Positions 37,862 to 45,852 of a DNA stretch of 64,000 nucleotides are shown here, one piece after another. The DNA is taken from contig DCUY01000104.1 in NCBI GenBank assembly GCA_002327905.1, forward strand, positions 7,904 through 71,903, in the 5' to 3' direction. Each line of letters opens with the position of its first letter. Positions within the stretch are counted from its first letter, which is position 1. This DNA comes from a candidate division WOR-3 bacterium UBA2202. Lineage in GTDB: Bacteria > Hydrothermota > 32-111. The notes below the pieces were generated by a model, which did not search any database, was not told the origin of the DNA, and worked only from the letters and a program-made list of their open reading frames with translations. A program made the position numbers and the translations under genes.

Positions 37862-39021
37862 ATTTCCTCCATTGCTTTTATTTTCCCGTAAACTCCGTCA
37901 TACCCTTCATCCAAAAGAATTTTTTTCTCCCTCACATTTATGCAAAAATCGGCAAATTCTTTATTGTATGCTTCAGTCAATTCTTTTCTTGTTGCAAAAG
38001 ATTTCATTTTCATCTCATCCATTCTTTCAAGCATATTAAAAAATGCCTCTTCTTTTGACCGGCATTTTTCAACTCTCTTTCTGAAAAAATCCACATAATC
38101 TTTTATAGGAAGAACATAGAAGACTTCTTTGGAGTATTTTTCTTTTCTGCTCTGCGGAAGATTTTTAATTCTGTTCAACACTCCGTCAGTAAGAGGTTTT
38201 CCGCACACAGGGCATTCTTTCAATTTTTCTTTTGTCTTGAAATCGCATGCTCTGTGCCCTGACAAAAAGTATTTCCCCTCCTGCGGAAAAAACTCCACAG
38301 TGCCCAGTATTTTTTTATTCTCAAATGCCCCCTTCACATCCTTTATTGTCTTTACCCTCCCCTCAAGAATTGTCGCCTCTCTTCCGAGAAGCTCAGGAGA
38401 ATGAGCGTCAGAGAATGATACAAAAGAATATTTTGATGCGTCTTTGTTTAAAGAACACATGTACGGATCAGATGAGAGCCCTGTTTCAAGAGCTGATATG
38501 AGTTTCTCGAGTCCGTCAGGAATGCTGTTATAACCGGATTTTGCTCCGAGAAGTCCGAAATGCGGAGTCCAGATATGCGCGGGAATAAGAATTATATCAT
38601 CTGAAACTTCCTTTACTCTCTCTGCAAATTCGACAACATTCATTTTGATTATAGGTCTTCCGTCCGAATTGAGTTTGCCGAAATCCTTCAGTAATAACTG
38701 AGCCTTTTCTACGGATTTGAAATCAGGGAAGACTGCGACAATGTGTACCTTTTTGCATTTTTCATTCTCCCTGTAAATTAAAGAGACCTCGACTGTCAGA
38801 AGAAACCGCGTTTCTTTGCAGGAATAAATTCCGTATGACTCTTCAGAGAGTTCCCTCTTCGCTTGATCAAAATATTCTCCGTGGAGTATGTCGCCTGTGC
38901 CTATAATTCCTATGCCCTTTCTCTTTGCCATATCGGAAAAATTTTTTATGTCTCCCCTCTTTGAAGAGGCGAGAGAATATTTCGTATGTATATGAAGGTC
39001 AAGAAATGTCATTTCACGCAC
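37858..39021 (-). CDS. PHP-domain protein with C-terminal zinc ribbon (endonuclease Q-like / TIGR00375-like)
   Basis: MTFLDLHIHTKYS PHP start; LIPAHIWTPHFGLLG; CDFKTKEKLKECPVCGKPL Zn-ribbon; 387 aa. Confidence 0.45.
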   Translation of the reverse strand: MREMTFLDLHIHTKYSLASSKRGDIKNFSDMAKRKGIGIIGTGDILHGEYFDQAKRELSEESYGIYSCKETRFLLTVEVSLIYRENEKCKKVHIVAVFPDFKSVEKAQLLLKDFGKLNSDGRPIIKMNVVEFAERVKEVSDDIILIPAHIWTPHFGLLGAKSGYNSIPDGLEKLISALETGLSSDPYMCSLNKDASKYSFVSFSDAHSPELLGREATILEGRVKTIKDVKGAFENKKILGTVEFFPQEGKYFLSGHRACDFKTKEKLKECPVCGKPLTDGVLNRIKNLPQSRKEKYSKEVFYVLPIKDYVDFFRKRVEKCRSKEEAFFNMLERMDEMKMKSFATRKELTEAYNKEFADFCINVREKKILLDEGYDGVYGKIKAMEEI

Positions 39022-39734
39022 ACTGCCATACCCCTTTCCGATGTCCGTTTCAATCCGTTTGTTGACAAAAAATGATAAAAGTGCTTCTCTCTGAAACCCG
39101 AGTTGGAGACTGCAAAATCAAGCTCTTCAATATCAATAGCCCTCTCTTGAAATACTATTTTTTTCTCTTTGTCTTTCTCCTCAATCGTAAGGTCGAGAGT
39201 GCATATCTGCGTACTCTCATCATAGGATGTATTCCAAATTGATTTGAAATTTGTTCCGTTTCTGTACTGCACATGAGAGGCAAATGCATTTAGACCGAAA
39301 TCAGTATTGAAATCAAACATGAATATGCCTCCCTCCTTTAAAGAATCCGCAGTATTCAAAAAGAAAGGGATAATATCCTTTTCATCAAGATGATTCACAG
39401 TATCATACATGCATACTGCAAAATCGTAAGTGTCTCTCAGGGCAAGATGCCTTATATCGGAGCATAATACTGACACTCTTCTGCCTAAAATCTTCTTCTG
39501 CGCCTCCAAAAGCATTTTATACGACTTATCAATGAGAAGAACATCAAATCCCATTTCAGAGAGAGGTATCGAGAGATTTCCGGTTCCGCCTCCGAGGTCA
39601 AGCACCCTGTTCCCCCGTCCTGAATGCTGAAAGAACAGCTCATTGACATATTTCGCCCATCCTTTGTATGGAATGAACTGCATAAGCTCATCATAAATCT
39701 CGGATATGGAATCGTAATTATAGAAAAGATTCAT
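39009..39734 (-). CDS. Class I SAM-dependent methyltransferase
   Basis: VLDLGGGTGNLSIPLSEMGFDVLLIDKS motif I; 241 aa. Confidence 0.7.
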   Translation of the reverse strand: MNLFYNYDSISEIYDELMQFIPYKGWAKYVNELFFQHSGRGNRVLDLGGGTGNLSIPLSEMGFDVLLIDKSYKMLLEAQKKILGRRVSVLCSDIRHLALRDTYDFAVCMYDTVNHLDEKDIIPFFLNTADSLKEGGIFMFDFNTDFGLNAFASHVQYRNGTNFKSIWNTSYDESTQICTLDLTIEEKDKEKKIVFQERAIDIEELDFAVSNSGFREKHFYHFLSTNGLKRTSERGMAVCVK

Positions 39735-40258
39735 TATATTTTCAATGGTTCAAAATTCGAAAAATCAGCATAATGAATTATTATCGCCTCTCTTGTGCGT
39801 TTTGACAGGTCACCCTCTTTTGCGTGCATTGCGATAATGTGAGTGACAGCATCAGGAAGTCCGTGTTTGAATGACATAGCCGCGCCTGAAAACGGGTGGC
39901 GGAGGAATTTTCCGCATGTTGAGACTGAATACTTTCCATTTTCATTTTTATATTCGAGAAGCTTTCCTATATCATGCAGAAGTCCGCCCGCTGTTATCAG
40001 ATCAAGATCGACAAAATTCTCTCCGTAGAACTGGTTCAATGTCTTTCCCATATTCAGAGCTGTATTTGTAACAGCCCTCGTGTGAGTGACAATGGATATT
40101 TTTGTATTCTCTATGAGAAGCGTGAATGGAATGTTTTCAAGAGTCTCTATAGTCCATCCTCCAGTCTTTATCGCATCCTCAATCACTTTGACAGTCTTCT
40201 CTTTCAAATCCTGATTCTTTATCAGGTCTATCTCGGGGAATACTTCATTTGTCTTCAT
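39734..40258 (-). CDS. HD-domain phosphohydrolase
   Basis: LLHDIGK (HD motif) and TVKVIEDAIK; 174 aa. Confidence 0.65.
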   Translation of the reverse strand: MKTNEVFPEIDLIKNQDLKEKTVKVIEDAIKTGGWTIETLENIPFTLLIENTKISIVTHTRAVTNTALNMGKTLNQFYGENFVDLDLITAGGLLHDIGKLLEYKNENGKYSVSTCGKFLRHPFSGAAMSFKHGLPDAVTHIIAMHAKEGDLSKRTREAIIIHYADFSNFEPLKI

Positions 40259-41198
40259 TGATTCTCCTTTGTTTTATGTTTCTGATTATGCCTATAATTT
40301 GTTCATAATCATCCGTTTTATTTATTATCTCCTTAAACTGCTTCACACCCTTGATTCCCTTTACATACCAGTGGAAATGCTTTCTCATCTCTCTGATTCT
40401 GTCCTTTGCCTTTCCGTCGCTACATGCAATAGAGTAATGCTCCTCAAGCACCTCCATCTTCTCTTCAATTGAGGGAATACTGTATTTCCTTTCTTTTATG
40501 TAATCTTTTATCTGTTTGAATATCCAAGGATTTCCGAATGACGCCCTTCCTATCATTATTGCATCGACTTTTGCTCTCTCCCATTTTTCTATAGCATCTT
40601 CCGGCGTCTTAATGTCCCCGTTTCCTATCACAGGAATTGAAACGGATTCCTTTATTTTTTTGATCTCTTCCCAGTTCGCCTCTCCCGTAAACTGCATCGT
40701 GGCGAGCCGTCCGTGAACCGCAATGAATGAGACTCCGCATTTTTCAAGCACATTTGCTATGTCTGTTCCCCTCACAGTATTGTATCCTATGCGCATCTTT
40801 GCCGATACGGGAAGACGGGTTGAAGAGACAACTGCAGACACTATGTCTTTGAGTTTGGATAAGCTTCTTAAAAGAGCAGAGCCGTATCCCTGTTTTATAA
40901 TCTTCGGCACGGAGCATCCGAGATTTATGTCAATGAAATCAGGGGAAAATTCTGAGGCTCTCTCGCTTGCAGATGACATTGCCTCCATACTGCCTCCGAA
41001 GATTTGAATTCCGTAAGGACGCTCCGACTCTGTGAATTCCATAAGCTTCACTGTCTTCTTTGAGTTTCTGAAGAGTCCGTCTGCCGAGACGAGTTCACTG
41101 TACGAAACATCTGCTCCGTATCTTTTGCAAATTTGTCTGTAAGGGGAATCTGTTATACCTGCAAGCGGGGCAAGAATTATCTTACCTGAAAGATCCAT
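40245..41198 (-). CDS. dusB: tRNA-dihydrouridine synthase (DusB-like)
   Basis: ILAPLAGITDSPYRQICKRYGADVSYSELVSADGL N-terminus; catalytic region; 317 aa. Confidence 0.8.
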   Translation of the reverse strand: MDLSGKIILAPLAGITDSPYRQICKRYGADVSYSELVSADGLFRNSKKTVKLMEFTESERPYGIQIFGGSMEAMSSASERASEFSPDFIDINLGCSVPKIIKQGYGSALLRSLSKLKDIVSAVVSSTRLPVSAKMRIGYNTVRGTDIANVLEKCGVSFIAVHGRLATMQFTGEANWEEIKKIKESVSIPVIGNGDIKTPEDAIEKWERAKVDAIMIGRASFGNPWIFKQIKDYIKERKYSIPSIEEKMEVLEEHYSIACSDGKAKDRIREMRKHFHWYVKGIKGVKQFKEIINKTDDYEQIIGIIRNIKQRRINEDK

Positions 41199-42128
41199 CT
41201 ATTCTATTGTGGTATCGTTGTCGAAATACTTTGTAGGGTCTGTCTTGTCGTCGAAGAGGCGCACTTCATAGTGAAGGTGGGTTCCTGTGGAACGCCCCGT
41301 GGTGCCCATATATCCGATGAGCTGATGCCTCTTGACAATGTCGCCTTCTTTTACCGCAAACTTATTCAGATGCGCATAAACAGTGATGTATCCGTAGCCG
41401 TGGTCTATTTTCAGAGTCTTTCCGTATCCTGAAAGGTAATCAGAGAAAATAACTTTTCCGTCAGCCGGAGCATATACAGGAGGAGCCGCCTGATTTGCAA
41501 TGTCTATCCCCGTATGAAGTTCGCTTCTCCCGTTGAATGGGTCCTTTCTGTATCCGAATGGACTCGTTATTGTGCCCTGAGTAGGCATGACGGACGGTGT
41601 ATGCGTTACAAGGTCATATTCATTCAGAAGATTTTTATTCACGCTCTTTACATTCTTTGATTCGAAATCAATAAGGTTCTGCACCTGAAAGAGTCTCTTG
41701 TCCACATTCTCAATCAATCGCTTGGTTGACATATCAAGCATTGCAAGACGGTCATCATGAAAGTCATAACCTCCAAGACCCAACTGCCTGACATCCTCTG
41801 AAAGAACTGAAAGATTTGAGAGTGTTCTCAACCTCTTTTCATATTCGGTAATTTTGTTTATTTCAGTGAAATAATCATTTATTTTTCTGTTGCCGGTGTC
41901 AATTGAACTTATGAGATAATCCCTCTTTGCATAAATCCCTATCAGAGCATCAGGATTAAGATTGTTCAGCTGGGCAAAAATTATAATTGCGATTGAAGTT
42001 GTGAAGAAGATTGCAAAGACTGATAAGAGCATTGTCACCTGCTTCTCTGTAATCTCAAGTGTCAATGGCTTGCTGTTTGACTTGAATTCATTATCTATTA
42101 TAATAGTCCACTTCTTCATAAAAAACAT
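41199..42128 (-). CDS. M23-family (LytM-domain) peptidoglycan endopeptidase
   Basis: HTGIDIA...GTTGRSTGTHLHYEV Zn-binding motifs. The first ATG overlaps the predicted -10, so the real start may be the second Met at 42119. Confidence 0.8.
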   Translation of the reverse strand: MFFMKKWTIIIDNEFKSNSKPLTLEITEKQVTMLLSVFAIFFTTSIAIIIFAQLNNLNPDALIGIYAKRDYLISSIDTGNRKINDYFTEINKITEYEKRLRTLSNLSVLSEDVRQLGLGGYDFHDDRLAMLDMSTKRLIENVDKRLFQVQNLIDFESKNVKSVNKNLLNEYDLVTHTPSVMPTQGTITSPFGYRKDPFNGRSELHTGIDIANQAAPPVYAPADGKVIFSDYLSGYGKTLKIDHGYGYITVYAHLNKFAVKEGDIVKRHQLIGYMGTTGRSTGTHLHYEVRLFDDKTDPTKYFDNDTTIE

Positions 42129-42220
42129 TATATGGTTTTAATATTTCTTGTCAAGTCCTATTTATAAAAAAAATAAAAAAACAATATACCTATTGACAAA
42201 ATGGAAATAATAGGTAAAAT
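42127..42220. promoter_or_regulatory. Divergent consensus sigma70-type promoters (M23 peptidase leftward; mraZ/dcw rightward)
   Basis: Minus strand: TTGACAAG (42154..42149) - 16 nt - TATAAT (42132..42127). Plus strand: TTGACA (42193..42198) - 16 nt - TAAAAT (42215..42220). Confidence 0.55.
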
Positions 42221-42221
42221 A

Positions 42222-42246
42222 TGGAGAAAAATGGAGTAAATTGGAG
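42222..42246 (+). promoter_or_regulatory. Candidate MraZ operator: three TGGAG direct repeats at 10-bp periodicity just downstream of the Pmra -10
   Basis: aTGGAGaaaaaTGGAGtaaatTGGAGtttt, followed by SD-ATG of mraZ at 42251. Resembles the triple-repeat MraZ-box layout known from E. coli and Mollicutes. Confidence 0.5.
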
Positions 42247-42250
42247 TTTT

Positions 42251-42688
42251 ATGGAAACAAAAATGCGCTTTATCGGATTCAAGTTTGTAAATGTAGAGGA
42301 GAATGGCAGAATCTCCATTCCATCCGCTTACAGAGACGCTACTGACGCAAAGATTTTCTTCATTGTCCCCGGATCGAATAAGACTCTGCATTTATACCCT
42401 GAGGAATCATTTCTCAAACTTGAGGAGAAGATATCCAAGCTCGAATCGGAAGAGGACAGAAAAATCATCACTGACTATATCTATTCGAATGCAGTGTCCA
42501 TTAAGAGGGATTCAATGTGGAGAATATCCATTCCCCAGCATCTTATTGAATATGCATCTCTTAAAGAGAGTGTTAAGATTGTCGGAGGAAATGACAAGCT
42601 GGACATTTGGGATCCTAAGAGCCATGATGAGTATAATAAATCACTGCTCACTGAGGGAAGCGCCACATTTAAAAAGATAGGAATATAA
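42251..42688 (+). CDS. mraZ: Transcriptional regulator MraZ
   Basis: MRFIGFKFVNVEENGRISIPSAYRD, matching E. coli [24 protein letters not shown]; two-repeat MraZ fold; SD GGAG 5 nt upstream of the ATG at 42251. Confidence 0.8.
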   Translation: METKMRFIGFKFVNVEENGRISIPSAYRDATDAKIFFIVPGSNKTLHLYPEESFLKLEEKISKLESEEDRKIITDYIYSNAVSIKRDSMWRISIPQHLIEYASLKESVKIVGGNDKLDIWDPKSHDEYNKSLLTEGSATFKKIGI

Positions 42689-42689
42689 A

Positions 42690-43031
42690 ATGAAAAAAAC
42701 AATCTCCAAGAAGTCCACTCACATCCTCATAAAAATCAGCGGAATTGTCTCTCTGGAGGATGTAAGCGAGTTGAAAGAATCCTTGAGCGCGGTTCTGAAT
42801 AGTTCGCTTCCTGTAATTCTCGACATAAGGCAGGCAAAAGCCGTCCACTATAAGACAGGGCTTCTTTTAAGAGGCATGAGAAAGTGTTTTCTTTCAAGGT
42901 GTATTCCCCTGACAATTATATGCACTGACCCTTACATACTTTCGGTTCTATCGCTCTTTGACTGTGATGTCATGTATGGCACCACTAAAGATTTGAATTC
43001 AGCAAGAAACCTTGTAGAGATCAAATTCTGA
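42690..43031 (+). CDS. STAS-domain (anti-sigma-antagonist-like) protein inserted between mraZ and rsmH
   Basis: 113 aa; ILIKISGIVSLEDVSELKESLSAVLNSSLPVILDIRQAKAV... is SpoIIAA-like. Abuts the mraZ stop and rsmH start. Confidence 0.4.
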   Translation: MKKTISKKSTHILIKISGIVSLEDVSELKESLSAVLNSSLPVILDIRQAKAVHYKTGLLLRGMRKCFLSRCIPLTIICTDPYILSVLSLFDCDVMYGTTKDLNSARNLVEIKF

Positions 43032-43032
43032 A

Positions 43033-43875
43033 ATGAGTCACATTCCTGTAATGCTCTCTGAAGCAATCTCGTTTTTAGAGTTGCATGACGGAATGAAGTA
43101 TCTTGATCTCACAGCCGGATTCGGCGGCCATTCTGCTGAAATTCTTGCAAAGATTCCGCACGGAGAACTCTATCTTGTGGACAGGGACAATGCGGCTATT
43201 GAGCATCTTCAGAAAATTTTTTCACAATCAAAGAATGTTCATATTGTTAAAATGAACTTTGCAGATATGGATTTTTCAGTAAAATTTGACGGGATACTCG
43301 CAGACCTCGGGGTCTCGTCTCTTCAATTTGACTCTTCAGAGAGGGGCTTTTCCTACAGATTTGACTCTCCCCTTGACCTTAGGATGGACACTGACGAAGA
43401 GAACCAGCTTGACAAACTTCTGAAGCTTGATTTTAAAGAGATAGCAGAAATAATTAAAGATAATTCCGACGAGTATCAGGCAGAGGAGATCGCCTTAGTG
43501 ATGAAGAGAAGATATTCAGAGGGCAAACTCAAAACCACATTTGACCTAAAACACGCAATAATTGAAGGGAAAAAAGGCAAAGATATAAAGCGCGGTCTTA
43601 AGCGCACATTCATGGCATTGAGAATGTTTGTAAATGATGAAAAGAATTCTCTTTCAAAAATGATCGAGAGAGTCTCCGCCTCCCTAAATCCTTCCGGAAG
43701 ATTCGTCATAATCACATACCATTCAATTGAAGACAGAATCGTAAAGGACTATTTCAAAGAAAGGGATGACATGAAGATGATCACAAAAAAAGTAATACAA
43801 CCGTCATACCTTGAAGTTCAGTCAAACAAGAGAGCGCGCTCCGCAAAAATGCGAGTCTATGAGAAGGTTTCATGA
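43033..43875 (+). CDS. rsmH: 16S rRNA (cytosine1402-N4)-methyltransferase RsmH (MraW)
   Basis: HIPVMLSEAISFLELHDGMKYLDLTAGFGGHS; 280 aa. Confidence 0.9.
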   Translation: MSHIPVMLSEAISFLELHDGMKYLDLTAGFGGHSAEILAKIPHGELYLVDRDNAAIEHLQKIFSQSKNVHIVKMNFADMDFSVKFDGILADLGVSSLQFDSSERGFSYRFDSPLDLRMDTDEENQLDKLLKLDFKEIAEIIKDNSDEYQAEEIALVMKRRYSEGKLKTTFDLKHAIIEGKKGKDIKRGLKRTFMALRMFVNDEKNSLSKMIERVSASLNPSGRFVIITYHSIEDRIVKDYFKERDDMKMITKKVIQPSYLEVQSNKRARSAKMRVYEKVS

Positions 43876-44144
43876 AGAATGTTTTAATTCTTATAGGAGT
43901 GGGTTTCATCTTTCTTGCGGTCTTCGCTACTTCAAGATTTTATGTTATTCAGATAACAATGCAGTCTGACAAACTCAATAATGAATATAAGAGACTTCTG
44001 AACACATCAATGAGGTCTGATTTTGAAATAGAGGAGCTCACATCATTAAAGAGGCTTGAGAAATTCGCATTCGACACCTTAAACCTTAAATACCCCGCAG
44101 GCGAGGATTATGAGTCCGGTGACAAGAAATATTCACAAAGATAG
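43872..44144 (+). CDS. FtsL-like small bitopic division protein
   Basis: 90 aa; single TM ILIGVGFIFLAVFA then a coiled-coil; position between rsmH and ftsI. Confidence 0.5.
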   Translation: MKNVLILIGVGFIFLAVFATSRFYVIQITMQSDKLNNEYKRLLNTSMRSDFEIEELTSLKRLEKFAFDTLNLKYPAGEDYESGDKKYSQR

Positions 44145-44151
44145 CCAATCC

Positions 44152-45852
44152 ATGAACCGCAGGATGAATTATGCCATCATAGCTCTTCTGGTATTGACCG
44201 GACTTGTGGTTATAAGAACCGCATCACTGCAGATATTCTCATCCTTCAAATTCGACAAAGTCGTCTCTTCGAAAAATACAATTAAAATAGCAGACAATGC
44301 AGAGAGAGGAGAAATACTCGACAGAAACGGAGAATCAATAGCAACAAGCATAAAGACATTCAATCTCTATGTTTTAAAGCCGATGATGAAGAGCGCATCA
44401 AACGTTGCAGAGGTCGTCTCCTCGGCGGGAATACTTTCATACAATGATGTTTTAAGCCGCCTCAATTCAAGAATGCTCTACATACCTGTATCCTATGATA
44501 TTCCGCAGAGTGCAGCAATACAGCTTAAAAACAAATATGCCTCAATAGTAGTGAAGGAAGAGAAGACAAGATATTATATAAATCCCCATATGTTTTCAAA
44601 TATAACGGGATTTGTGGGAGTAGACAACAGCGGACTTGAAGGCATAGAATATCTTTATAATGATGACTTGAGGGGAAAGAACGGATTTGCGATTTTCCAG
44701 AAGAAGCCGAACGGAAAAATATACAAGCATCCTGATTATCCGGAGAAATTATCACAGAAGGGAAAAGACATTGTTCTGACAATAGATAAGAGATTTCAGG
44801 AGATTGCATACAATATAGTCGAAGAATGGTGCGAAAAATTCAATGCTAAGCAGGGTTCCGCAATTATTATGGATGTCAAGACAGGCGAAATATACGCAAT
44901 GGCAGACTATCCCACATACAATTCGAATCTCCACGGAAAAGAGAATCCGCAGATATGCAAGAATACATCCGTAGTGAATCTTTTTGAGCCGGGCTCCATA
45001 TTCAAGCTCATTCCCGCAGTGAGCGCCTTAGAAAACAATGCAGTCAAACTTGATGATATTGTCAAAACATCTGTTGACACTCTCAGAATAAACGGAAAGA
45101 AAATCACTGACGCTCATGATCTTGATATTCTCACATTTGAAAAGGCATTTATTCTTTCAAGCAATATAGGATTTGCAAACATAGGCGAAAAGACGGGAAA
45201 AGAGAATGTTTACAATACTGCGGTAAAATTCGGAATTGGAAGAAAGACAAATATAAATGTTCCCGGGGAACAGCGCGGATTCTTCACCGACTATTCAAAA
45301 TGGATTCCTATTCATTTTGCAAATATATGCTTCGGACAGGGGCTAAGCGTAACTTCCATTCAAATACTCTCTGCCTATAATGCAATCGCAAACAATGGAG
45401 TCCTTGTCAATCCAAAGCTCGTGAAGAGCGTCGGCGGCTCAAACCTCATAAAAAACAGCGAGAAGAGAATTGTCTCGCAGTCGATTGCCGATATAATGAA
45501 TGACCTGTTGAAAAAAGTTGTGAGCGAAGGAACAGGAGTTAAAGCGCAGGTCGCTGGAATCAATGTTGCAGGAAAGACCGGAACTGCGGAAAAGGCATCC
45601 GAAAAGGGCGGATACATGAGGGGAAAATACATTTCATCATTCATCGGATACTTCCCTGCAGATGATCCGAAATTTATAATTTTGACTCTCATAGATGAAC
45701 CGAAGGGATTATACTGGGCGAGCGAAATCGCCGCCCCTATGTTTTCGGAAATTGTAAAAAGAATAGTCAATCTCTACGATTACAGATATATGCTTTCTGA
45801 TAAAAAGGAGAGTGCAGAGAATGAAACTCGCAAAAATAATAAACGGTCTTGA
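44152..45852 (+). CDS. ftsI: Peptidoglycan D,D-transpeptidase FtsI (PBP3)
   Basis: N-terminal TM, PBP dimerisation and transpeptidase domains (SNIGFA, KTGTA motifs); likely start MNRRMNYAIIALLV. Confidence 0.85.
   Translation: MNRRMNYAIIALLVLTGLVVIRTASLQIFSSFKFDKVVSSKNTIKIADNAERGEILDRNGESIATSIKTFNLYVLKPMMKSASNVAEVVSSAGILSYNDVLSRLNSRMLYIPVSYDIPQSAAIQLKNKYASIVVKEEKTRYYINPHMFSNITGFVGVDNSGLEGIEYLYNDDLRGKNGFAIFQKKPNGKIYKHPDYPEKLSQKGKDIVLTIDKRFQEIAYNIVEEWCEKFNAKQGSAIIMDVKTGEIYAMADYPTYNSNLHGKENPQICKNTSVVNLFEPGSIFKLIPAVSALENNAVKLDDIVKTSVDTLRINGKKITDAHDLDILTFEKAFILSSNIGFANIGEKTGKENVYNTAVKFGIGRKTNINVPGEQRGFFTDYSKWIPIHFANICFGQGLSVTSIQILSAYNAIANNGVLVNPKLVKSVGGSNLIKNSEKRIVSQSIADIMNDLLKKVVSEGTGVKAQVAGINVAGKTGTAEKASEKGGYMRGKYISSFIGYFPADDPKFIILTLIDEPKGLYWASEIAAPMFSEIVKRIVNLYDYRYMLSDKKESAENETRKNNKRS

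Noticed and set aside
42221-42250. ORF-track start of mraZ at 42221 (MEKNGVNWSFMETKM...)
   Set aside because: The ATG at 42221 lies directly after the promoter -10, so it would not be on the transcript. The three ATGGAG repeats that create these Met codons are better explained as MraZ boxes. The SD-preceded ATG at 42251 is used instead.
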